Shown piece after piece: positions 53,662 to 64,000 of a stretch of 64,000 nucleotides of DNA (position 1 is the first letter of the stretch; each line of letters opens with the position of its first letter). A program made the translations under genes and the position numbers. The notes under the pieces were generated by a model. The model ran no database searches, was not told the DNA's origin, and was given only the letters and a program-made list of their open reading frames with translations. The stretch covers positions 54,932,001-54,996,000 of the forward strand of contig NC_045703.1 in assembly GCF_009834535.1 (NCBI RefSeq). The letters run 5' to 3'. The DNA is from Camelus ferus. Its lineage: Eukaryota.

Positions 53662-55076
53662 GACAGCGCAAGCCCTGGGGTGCAGGTACAGGGTCTACAC
53701 GATGAATCCTGCTCTCCACTCCCTCTTACTGTGTGAAGAGTAACTCTGTGGGTGAATAGATTGTGAGGTTGTAGCTTTGTTTTTGTTTTGTACATCAGAA
53801 GCAGCCATGTCTAGCTGTTACAGCCACTTCTTGGCTTTGAATTCCGACTCTGCTTAACCTTTCTGCACTTTAATTGGTTCAGATACAGAACAGGGGCAAG
53901 GAGAGTACGTACCTCGCAGGGCGGTTGTGAGGACGCAGTTACTAGAAGTGGAGCCCGCAGAACTATGCCTGCACACGGTGAAAAGTTCCTGTGTTTGCTC
54001 TTATTGTCATTATTTCTATATTTGCTGTTCTGAGAAGGTCCCCAGCAAACAGTAACAAGAGCATGTGATGTTCTCTTATCAAGGGATTGAGAATGTCAGT
54101 TACTACGCACGAGTCCTTTCTCTTCCTTTCCCCAGTCTTGCTCCCTCGGACACTCTTCGCTTTAAAAATCCACAACAATAAAGGACATGAAGATACCACT
54201 TTGTTTTTTTAAGTTTAAAGGGATCATCAGGAAACCTTGCAGGGGGGCTGGGTGAAACAGAGAACTTTAAGATCACAGGATGCTGACAGTGGTCATCCTC
54301 TAGTTCACAAATTCTGCAAGAGAAGACATCCTGGCTTTACCTGGTGCAGGACTCCTGGTGGCCAGTCTGCTTCTTGGATGTGGCCCCCCAGCACCTCCCG
54401 TCCTTGTCTTCCTGTAGTGCTGCCGCTGCTTTTCAATCTGCAGGACACAGGAAGAGGGAACCACCCCAGGTCCTAGGAAATTTACATCCCCAGCAGTTCA
54501 ACAGTGGGTCTCCTCTGTGCTGAGGGGTCTTCTTCCTGCCTCTGGCCATTGCCCCCTCCCACAGTGGTTCTCATTCAATCAGGACCCACCTGAGATCTCA
54601 GGGGCCGTGCAGAGTACATGCCGCCCACTAAATGCAAGGCACTAAATGCAAGGAGCAAGGAGGCATTAGTAGGGCAGAAAATGAGTCCTGGGGGTTTCTT
54701 CTTATGGATAAACATTTCTTGTCACCTCAGTGAGCTTATATACAGCAAGACAGAGATACCTGTTCTCGGGGTCCTCATGATTTCTGATAAATTTCACATT
54801 CTAAGTCCCATTACCCCCAAATGTGTCCATCGTACAATTTTCCAACCTAGAAAATAAAGTAAAATCATAATGAAGTATGTTCTTCCTTTTACAATATAAA
54901 CCCAAATTGTCCCAAATCAGAATTTTATCACCACCAAACTTGATATCAGCCATGGCATTGCAGATTTTTCTTGTTTTCTTATTGAAGCTTTCCTATTTCC
55001 TCAAGTTTTTGCTGGGAACATACATTATTTTTAAAATAGAGAAAAGCATTCTTAAAAATAAAAGTAATTAAGAGTT

Positions 55077-55540
55077 TGTGAAGGAAAAGGCGGGCTGGTC
55101 TAACAAGATAACTCACAAGTCTAGGAATGTGAAGGAGAGGCTGGGCTGGGCTAACAAGATAACTCACAAATCTAATTATCAGAATACTGATCAGAGTTCT
55201 GCTGGACTAACTTGTAAATCTAAGTTAATTAGTGTTGGTTTGCTGTTCATGTATTTTGCTAGCCAGCTGGATTTTCAAAGATACATATCTGGCTTTGGAA
55301 TGTTGGTTTGCTGCCTCCCCGCCTCCACTTTTGTGATGATAATGCTGCTAAAACTGTTCCATGCCTATTGGCCGAATACCCAAAGCTTGTACTTTACCCT
55401 GTAAAACCTCATGCACACGTCTTGGAGGTGCTCAGAGCTTCGGAGCAGAAGCCCCTCTGAGCCCGCCGGCATAATACATCTGAGTACTCCAACCCTCCGA
55501 GTGGTGCTTGTTTCTTGGCTGGCCTGTCGTTTCTGTAACA
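55077..55540 (+). mobile_element. Young ERV1-class solo LTR (copy 1 of inverted pair)
   Basis: TG...CA termini, perfect TSD agtt, CCAAT (attgg) and TATA-like box; about 96% identical to the reverse complement of 60695-61159. Confidence 0.95.
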
Positions 55541-55847
55541 AGTTTACTCACTGGAAAGTTTTGAACAGAGAATTGACATATTCTTAGACATTTGTAAAGT
55601 TTCACTTTGGCTACTGTGTAAAGGATGGATATGGGGACAAGGCTGGGCAGGAGAACAGGTTAAGACGCTACAGAAGTAATTCTAGTGGGAGGTGAAGTAG
55701 TTTGGACCAAAGTGGTAGAAATGACAGTGTAAGAAGTAGTAGAATTCTGAGTATGTTTTGAAGGTAGAGTCAACAGTATTCCCTGTTTAATTTAGACCAA
55801 ATCTAGAACTCCCGACTCAGGCCTTTTAGTGTTTTTTAACCTTGGTT

Positions 55848-56352
55848 TGTGACAAGCAGAATAATGTCCCCAAAGAGGTCCACAACCTAATTCCCGGAAC
55901 CTGTGAATACATCACCTCGCGTGACAAAAAAAGACTTCGCAGATGTGATCGCATTAAAGATGTTGACATGGGGAGATTAACCTGCATTATCCAAGTGGGC
56001 CCAACCTAACGTTAAAGGAAGAAACCCTTTCTCGGCTGTGATCAGAGAGGGACATGATTGGGAGAACAGTCAGAGAGCTGTGATGTGAAAAGGACTCCAG
56101 CAACCGTTGTGGGCTCTGAAGATGGAGGAAGGGATCCACAACCAAGGAATGTGGGCTGTTTCTAGAAGGTAGAAAAGTCAAGGAGACAGATTTCCCCTAG
56201 AGCCTCCAGAGAGGAGTGCAGCCCTGCCAACATCTCGGTATTAGTCTTGTGAGATCTTTGTTGGATTTTGAACATACAGAATTATAAAATAAATTTGCAT
56301 TGTTTTAAGTCACAAAGTTTGTGGTAACGTGTTATAGCCACAAGGCAACCAA
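55848..56352 (+). mobile_element. MLT1D MaLR solo LTR
   Basis: tgtgacaagcagaataatgtccccaaagaggtccacaacctaattcccggaacctgtgaatac...gtttgtggtaacgtgttatagccac. Confidence 0.85.
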
Positions 56353-57479
56353 TAGGATTGAGCAAATCAGTCTCTGTGGCCCTCTGTTTTTCCACCTGGA
56401 AAAAAAAAAAAAAAGAGGGTGATAACACTTAGGCAGGATTGCTGTGAGAATCAGAAAAATGGGTACAAAATGCACACCAGATCATTGGCCCTCAGTACAG
56501 TATCCATTGTTGCTGTTCTGTGTGTAAGCTAAGAATACTCAATTCTTAGGTAACCTGAACTCACCTGCTTTCTGCATGTTTCTTCCCTCATTAACCTGAT
56601 ACGCTGCTCTGGGAGGTAGGGGTCCAGAACCTTGAAGTCAGATGGTCTTTGTTCAGTTCCTCTCTTATTAGGGGCTTTGAGCAAATTACTTATCCTCTCT
56701 GAGGCTCATTTTTTACCACCTTTAAAATGGGAGGTAACGCCAGCACAGGAGCTCCTGTTAGAGATAATATATGAATGTGCCTGTGTGTCACTCAAGAAAT
56801 GACAGTATCTTTCCTTTCCCCCAAGCAACAGAAATCCTGAGTGTCTGAATCTCTATGAGAAAGTGCCATTTCTCTCGCTTCCTCTTTTCCCTGCCATCCT
56901 TATTTTCATTTTATCCTCTGCTCTTCTTAGGGATTTGGGTCCTGCTTCATGGGGTTTGTGTCTCCTTGCTGCCAGTCAAGAATGCTAAAGAGTGTTCTGA
57001 AAATTTCTTATGGTTCGCATTCTAAGTTATTTCCTGAGTCCTGCTTTTCCCCTGAGAATTGAGACTACTGTTGCTTTCCCATTATTCTAATCTGCTTGTT
57101 TTTACAAACACTTTGTGGAGAGGTAGTTAGTGTTTTCTCGTCTTCTAAGGAGGAGAAGTCTATCCAGACCATTGAGGACTTGCCCAGTGGCTCGCACTGG
57201 GCTCCTCAGAGTGTCCACTTTGGTGCTAACTGAATCCGTTTCTTAGATAGCATCTGGAATTCCCAGTGTTTATTATTCTGAGGAATAACATCTTTCTGGA
57301 CCCACCCTTTCCTTGTCTCCTGTGACAGTAGGGGAGGAGTTTCCACACCTTCCAACAGGTAACCTTCCCCTGTGTAGTCTGGCTCCACCCCCTCCCAGCT
57401 CTCCACCAGTCGGTCATCACTTTATCCTCCCATAACTGCAGTCTCACTACCAGATCCTTCCAATCAATACTTGAACATA

Positions 57480-58740
57480 CTCCTGTCTTAGTCCCTACCT
57501 TAAAAAAATTTACTCTCCTGGGACCACTCCCTTTTACGTCTAGCTACTGCACTGTCTCCCTACTCACAGCCGAGTTTCTCTAAAAAGTTGTCTACACTGT
57601 CTCCACTCCCATTTACATGCTTAGGAGAAGGGCAGTGAAATCATCAAGAGAATGGATTTGTGAGCCAAGCTGCCTGAACCGGGATCCTGCTTCCGCCATA
57701 TGACCTTGGGCAAGTCACATAACCTCTCCATGCCTTCGTTTCCTCATCTCTAGAATGGAATAAAAAGAGTACCTGCTTCATCAGGTTGTTGTGATGACTG
57801 AAGTAATATAAATTTTAAGTATATGGAGAGTTCGTAGGGCAGTACCTAGGCAGGGCTTGTACTATGTTAATATGATTATAATCCACTGCAGTGCAGCATA
57901 GGCTTCATTACTTCGGTAGAACCTTTGCTTGATGTCACCAGTAACTCCTATTTTGGTAAATCCACTTGAATGCTTTGTAGACCTCTACTTGATTGACAGT
58001 TCAGCAGTTCTGGTACTAAAACATCCCCCCTTCCTGAGTCACTCTCTTTCCTCACCCTTTCCTCCTCAACCCTTCTCTCTTGGGCCTGCAACAGAGAATC
58101 TTCCACCAGCTTCTGGCTCCTCTGCCTCCAAAGTACTTTTAGAATCTTTACGCTTTGCTCTTTCTCCACTGCCAACACCATGGTCCAAGCTTGAGTTATT
58201 TCCTCCTGAACCACTGCGTAGAACTGGCATTTCCCCAGCACCACCCCATCTATGTGTAGGAGCCCTGAGGGACCTCTGAAAAACACATAATGACCATGCC
58301 ACTCCCTTTCTCCGAGAGTGTGGTTGACTTCCTGTTGCTTCTAAGGGTAAAGTCCAAAGTTCCTTTCCACGGCTTAGGAGACCTGTGTTAGCTGACCCCA
58401 CCCGTCTCTCTGGCCTCCTCCTCCTCCTCTTCTCCCTTTGCTTATTAGCTCCAGTCACAGTGACCTTCTCACTGGTTGTCAAGGACTTTCCTTCCAACTT
58501 CAAAGCTCCCACCTTCCCCACACCACCATCCAACCCCACCTCTCCCTCAGTCAGGTCTCCCATGATTATTAGTTCCAAATCCTACTCACCCTTCAGGTAT
58601 TAGCTTAAATATGTCTTCTTAGGGAGGCCTTCTCTGATTTCCAAGACTTGGGTCAGCCTCTCTGTGGTACCTGTCACCTATTCATTTCCTGTTCATTTCC
58701 ATCTAGGAAGTTAAAAAAAGTTGTAATTATGTGGTTATTT
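57480..58740 (+). mobile_element. L2 LINE fragments with MIR insert (about 57620-57870)
   Basis: Pyrimidine-rich L2 tracts (tttccacggcttaggagacctgtgttagctgacccc; cttagggaggccttctctgatttcc) and MIR tgaccttgggcaagtcacataacctctccatgccttcgtttcctcatc. Confidence 0.7.
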
Positions 58741-59027
58741 GGTTAATTTTTTTGCCCAAAGTCTGACACCCAGATCCTCTCCCCTCACTACCTAGACAAC
58801 AGAAAGATGAGTAGTTGAAATGGTCTTAAATAAAAAGAGCTTCCTTGTCTGTAGTTTTTAAGGGTTAATACAGAATCATTCTCTTTAGACTTCACATCAA
58901 TCAAAATATCAGAGAAAATATATTAAGATAGATTGCTTAATAAGAGAAATCGTGATAGCATGTGAGGTTTAAATACAAGCAGATAGAGTAAGGAATTTTT
59001 TTTTTTAGTTTTTAAAAATATTTACAC

Positions 59028-59505
59028 TATCGACTGAAATAAATGCGCAGCCTAAAAGTTAAGAGTTACGTTTTATTTGGTGGGAGAACTTGAGCTGGGG
59101 TGACAGCCTCTCAGATCTCTCTGAGGGACTGCCCTGAAGAGGTAGGGGAGGAGCTAGGATATATAGGAGCTTTACAACAAAGGCCAGGTAGCTGGAACGA
59201 TAAAAGATTACTTGTTATCTAAAGAAAGACAGGCATCTCAAGTTAAAGAATTAAGTGCTTTTCTGTGTATGGGAGGAAGCAAACATTTGGGCTCATTGAA
59301 TTCATTCCTTTGACAAGCACCTAGCCATCTAGGGCCAGTATCCTGTCCTTTCTTATTCTGACTCCCCTCAGGGTGCACCATTGTGAGTGGCTGCAGAGGC
59401 CGGGCTGCAGGCTTGTCTTCACTGGGGGTGGCTGCAGCCGCTGATGACTTGATGGCTTCAGCATTCTTTGTTTACTGATATGGCTTGCGGTATTTTTCGT
59501 TCACA
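59028..59505 (-). mobile_element. ERV1-class solo LTR
   Basis: Reverse complement starts tgtgaacgaaaaatacc; perfect 4-bp TSD acac (59024-59027 / 59506-59509). Confidence 0.9.
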
Positions 59506-59866
59506 ACACCTACCTTACACTTAGCTCAGTAATAACCATATAACTTGTTTACAACACTCTGACCGTGTATTTCTCTAACATTGAATTTCAGCTTTATTGT
59601 CTCTTCTCCCACTTGCCTGATTCATTTAAATTGCCACCTGAAGCTGATAGACTTGTAGGAGGAACCTCACAGACGGTGCTCCTTGCCAGTGACATCCTAT
59701 AGGGGAGATGACCCAGTTCAGGCAATAAAAAAAAGTGGAGAAAATATCCATTTTTTAGCCAAAGTAGAGCCTCCTCATTTCCTCGAGGGGAGTTTTCTCG
59801 CTGTGTTTGAGGATGTGAGAGTGTCTTGAAGACTCGGAACATATTCTCTGGTGGCTACGCAGGCAG

Positions 59867-60496
59867 TGATGCAGGAAAACGGATGTGGGGTGTGAGGAGG
59901 GCCATGTCCCAGGCTTCAGTTAAGCCCCTGGGACGTGCCCAGGCCAAGTGTGGGTCCTTGGCTTGGCGCAGGAAAGAATTCAAGAGCGAGCCACAGTTGA
60001 GTGAAGGTAGATTTTACTCAGAGAGATACATTGAAAGGCAAGAGAAAGGCTGCAAGGTGTGGGGGTTGGGTGCTCAGATTAAAAGTAGGTACACACTCCA
60101 TAGACAGAATGTGGGCCGTCTCCAAAGAGGGAGAGGAGGGGCCACCTCCAGGTGCCATGTGGCTGGTTTTTATGGGCTCGGTGGCTTCATATGCTAATAA
60201 GTGGAAGGACCAGTCTAAGTAGCCTGGGGAAGGGGTTGGGATTCCCAGGAAGTTGGCCGTTTCCCACTCTTGGACCTTTTGTGGCTAGCCTTGGGGCTGC
60301 CATGGTGCCTGTGGGCGTGTTATTCACCATGTTAATATATTACAATGGGTGTATAATGAAGCTCAAGATCTGCTAGAAGTTAAATCTCTCATCATCTTGA
60401 GCCTCAAGGCCTACTGGGGGTTGAATCTTCCACCATTTTGATGTTAATTGCTGTGGCATTCTTTGAATGGCTGTGACCTGCCCCCTTCCTGTCTCA
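59867..60496 (-). mobile_element. ERV1-class solo LTR (a different family)
   Basis: TG...CA termini; perfect 4-bp TSD gcag (59863-59866 / 60497-60500). Confidence 0.9.
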
Positions 60497-60694
60497 GCAG
60501 GATTACGTGAGCATCTTTACCGTGACCCTGGTCCTGCCCGGGCTCACAGTCAGCAGATGGTTTCCAGGGTCTGCAGTCACCAGCAGGAAACGTGCCCCAG
60601 CACACTGTCTCTCCCACAGCACCCAACGGTGCTTCAATTTTATACATTTAAGTAGAACTGTGTTCCTAATAATTTTCAAAGTAAGAGAAGAAAT

Positions 60695-61159
60695 TGTTAC
60701 GGAAACGACAGGCCAGTCGAGAAACAAGCACCACTCGGAGGGTTGGAGTACTCAGATGTATTACGCCGGCAGGCTCAGAGGGGCTTCTGCTCCGAAACTC
60801 TGAGCCCCTTCAAGATGTGCACATGAGGTTTTATAGGGTAAAGTACAAGCTTGGGGTATTCGGCCAATAGGCATGGAACAGCTTTAGCAGCATTATCATC
60901 ACAAAAGTGGAGGCGGGGAGGCAGCAAACCAACATTCCAAAGCCAGATATGTATCTTTGAAAATCCAGCTGGCTAGCAAAAAAACATGAACAGCAAACCA
61001 ACACTAATTAACCTAGATTTACAAGTTAGTCCAGCAGAACTCTGATCAGTATTCTGATAATTAGATTTGTGAGTTATCTTGTTAGCGCAGCCCAGCCTCT
61101 CCTTCACATTCCTAGACTTGTGAGTTATTTTGTTAGACCAGCCCGGCTTTTCCTTCACA
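60695..61159 (-). mobile_element. Young ERV1-class solo LTR (copy 2 of inverted pair)
   Basis: Reverse complement of 55077-55540; TSD aaat/gaat; intact TATAAAA. Confidence 0.95.
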
Positions 61160-61566
61160 GAATTAGCTTGATTATTATTATAGTGTTTTAATTCTCCCAT
61201 CTTCTGAAAACCAGGTCCATGTTGACTCAGGATGGAGTTCATTAACTCTCTCAAACAAATATTTACTGAGTCTTTCCCATGTGCCTGGCAGGGTGCTAAT
61301 CGCCAGAGGTTAACAGTGTATACAGCTTTGGCTCCGCCCTCAGCAAGCTTACAGTCTATTAAAGGATATGGGGAAAGAAGAAAACAATTCCCTTACAGTT
61401 CATAAGGACTATGTATAATAGAAGAAATTCAGGGGGCTCTCAGAGTCCAGAGAATCATTCCCTATCCAAACTTGCAGTGTCATGGAAGGCTTCCCGGAGG
61501 AAGTGGCATGTAAGCTGGCCCTTGAGGGTAAATAAGAGTTAGCCATACAAAAGTCCAGGGTAAGTG

Positions 61567-61850
61567 TCCCAGGCAAACTATATTCAATACCTTGTAGTAA
61601 CCTATAATGAAAAAGAATATGAAAATGAGAAATTGACACATTGTAACTGACTATACAAAAAAAAACCATGGAATTATTATTTTAAAAAAAATGAATATCT
61701 GCATTTTTTGCAGATACTGAAACATTGTGCTGAACACCAGAAACTGACCCAACACTGTAAATTGACTATACTTCAATAAAAAATTTTAAAATAAAAAAAT
61801 TTTGAAAAGGAAAAAGAAAAAATTTTTGAAGATAAAAAGAAAAAAATACA
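61567..61850 (+). mobile_element. Two tandem, internally deleted L1 3' tails inserted in an L2
   Basis: aaactatattcaataccttgtagtaacctataatgaaaaagaatatg...actgactatac plus A tract, then a second ...caccagaaactgacccaacactgtaaattgactatacttcaat plus A-rich tail. Confidence 0.75.
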
Positions 61851-62181
61851 TAGTGTCAGTAGTGTCAGAGAAGTGGAATACCTTTTTAAAAAAAGAAGTG
61901 AGATTGTTTTTTTGTTTTTTATGATGTGAAATGGTTAAAACAACATGAAATAATTAAATGGTTAATGCTATGCCCGTTTTTAATTAATTAGTTCAAGAAT
62001 ATGTTTTGAGAGAAAATATATACTTGCACAAAACAACAAATACATATTTCAAGGTATTCATAAAATAAGCTAGAATGTTTGCTGGGGGAAGGGTAAATAG
62101 TTGGCTACAAGGAGAAGAGGGAATGAACAAGTAAATGGAATAGGAGGAGGGAAAAATACTTGTAATCTCTCAATTCAATTC

Positions 62182-62186
<5 letters not shown>

Positions 62187-62220
<34 letters not shown>
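62187..62220 (+). repeat. Poly-A (34 nt) at the end of an old L1M fragment
   Basis: Uninterrupted A34. Confidence 0.95.
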
Positions 62221-62222
<2 letters not shown>

Positions 62223-62764
62223 ATGTCCCAGGCAGAGAAAGATGGCCTCTAGGCAAGAAAGAGCAAATCATAGTCAGGAAGTTCAGTGACCTGGGGCTGT
62301 TGAAGTTTGTTTTCAAATCCAGTCACTTACCTCTACCCTCCTTCCCCAAACTGCTTGGTTTTTGTTTGGTTGGTTGGCTGGTTGGTGAGTTCCCCCATTT
62401 CCTCTTATGCCAGGCTGTCTGCGACTGCCTCCTCAGCCTCCTTGACAGGTCCCTCTCATCCACGCACTCCCTAGCACCCAGGCCCTCTTAGCAAGCTCTC
62501 TTTGCTGCCTCTCATCCACTTTTCCCTTCCTGGCCAGAGACTGTTTTCAAATGCAGATCTGATCGTGTCAGTCCTCCTACTTAAAACTCTTCAGTAGTTT
62601 GTTTTTTCCAGTTTTGGAGGCTTTTTTTTGGGTTTTTTTGATAGCACTTTTATTTTCCCTTATACCATGAAGTATCTTTGAGCCATGACATTCTCACCTC
62701 ACAGTAGAAAAACAAGATGTGTAAGTCATCCTTAAAAGCTGAGAATTATGTAGAAAAATCTTAC

Positions 62765-64000
62765 GTAAATTAAAACAATGCATAAATTTGCAGGTATAAA
62801 TACAAATCATTTTGCAACTGTAGTGAGTAATTTAGCCCTGTGATATTCTGCTGGAAAAACATTGGATAAGAAAGAAAATGGATCTGAAGACTTGGATTAG
62901 CTATGTTTCCTAGCAGTGCTGGAAGATTGCAAGAAAGCAGTGACAATTCATTCATAAATTCTTGCCAGCCTCTGGAGAAATCCAAGAACTATCATTAGTA
63001 CTGTTCAGATCTGATCAGGCTCTAAGGGGTGAACAGTTCACAAGAAATTGTCAGTCAGCTGATGAGCCATCACCTCAGGCCAAGTGCCTTCTGTAAACAT
63101 ATTACCCTTAGCCTCCTTTGATCACACAAAATCTCCAATTGAATGTGCTAAACTTTAAGCCAAATGTATGTATAGAATTTCAGAAAATGTGTCATAAAGC
63201 AACAGTTAAGTTGAGAACAATGTGAAATGGTGCAGGCAAGGACAGGTTTTGTTTTTTAAAGGCATATTCAGGCAGGTGGGTCTAACAAAAGATGTGTACC
63301 TCTGCCAGGGCAAACTTGTACTTGTGAACTAACTCCTACAGGACGCCCGGCATATCTGCCAGCAGTCCATTTAGAAAGTATTTGCTGTTGCAGTGGCCAG
63401 TGGACAGGCCAAACTCATCAGAGTCTTACTTGCTAATCCATGTCAGCTGGAACAGCCAGACATCATATTTGCACGCAGAGGAGTAAACATCTTAATTTCC
63501 GTTGTGCTTGGTTCTGGGGCTGTGACATCTGTTTGTGTTCTAAAGTCAGGAACTCCAGGATACTTGGTAGTGGCACCAGACCACACGGTGCACGTTGTGT
63601 TGGCGTGCAGGTCCTTTCCAATATCAGCATCACGTCTTAAGGTTGAATTAGAAGCGTTCTCATGAAGTCCGGGATTCCATGTTTAAGACAAATGGCTGGA
63701 AAGAACTCCTGAATCTAAGACCCTCCCTCCTCTAGAGAGCCTCAGCTGACGTCAGGGAGCTCCGTTCTCTTCTCCAGGGAGATCAGCAAGGAGCACCAGC
63801 TCCTGTTGGACATCCAGGGTAGGGGGGCACCTCTTCTCCCTGATGCTATGTACATTTCCTGCTGTGGACTTTTTCTCACAATCTTTAGAAATATTTTTCC
63901 AAGTCTTAGCTAGCTGAGTCCACAAATAGGATGACATGGGGCATGTGTAACCCTCATAGATGGACATTGTGTGGGTGACACCATGGCCCAAGTCTGTGCA
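62765..64000 (-). pseudogene. Candidate decayed exons: large block from at least 64000 to 63430, and an 86-nt block 62850-62765
   Basis: One minus frame has 3 stops in 190 codons and ends at GCAA|gtaaga. The next block has a strong acceptor (ttttctttcttatccaatgtttttccag) and a TAC|gtaaga donor. Confidence 0.4.

Noticed and set aside
57929-58603. Long ORFs (up to 170 aa), and likewise 43492..43848
   Set aside because: They lie in purine/pyrimidine-skewed L2 remnants, where stop codons are rare.
55078-61254. Near-identical ORFs 55078..55404 (+) and 60973..61254 (-) as a duplicated gene
   Set aside because: Both are chance frames inside the two LTR copies.
4770-64000. Exon-phase continuity along the minus-strand chain as proof of a coding gene
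   Set aside because: Any concatenation of blocks yields some frame, and I chose two boundaries after the fact. My first single-frame path (without the 10.6-4.8 kb blocks) still had about 27 stops in about 1000 codons versus about 48 expected at random, which is only suggestive. Phase matching was therefore not counted as evidence.

Overview
Mammalian genomic DNA, probably camelid (inference from a Vic-1-like tRNA-Ala-derived SINE and artiodactyl-type L1 3' ends). The window is repeat-rich (L1, L2, MIR, MLT1/MER21/LTR16, ERV1 solo LTRs, Tigger and MER33 DNA transposons) and has four N gaps. The one securely identifiable gene-derived sequence is a full-length RPS6 processed retrocopy (minus strand, about 2919-3753, with TSD, poly-A and 5'TOP motif). 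It sits in what looks like the last intron of an unidentified plus-strand gene whose final exons are 18-43, 2824-2847 and 4122 onward. The most intriguing signal is a series of repeat-free, exon-like blocks with good splice sites on the minus strand from about 64 kb to about 4.8 kb. Some of these keep long, stop-poor frames, suggesting a large decayed (unitary pseudo)gene or a lncRNA derived from one; I cannot name it. Other notable items are an inverted pair of about 96%-identical ERV1 solo LTRs, a dense LTR cluster, and a head-to-head L1/SINE chimera inside a single TSD. There is no CRISPR array, rRNA or bona fide tRNA gene. Repeat family names are from recalled consensus sequences, not a database search.
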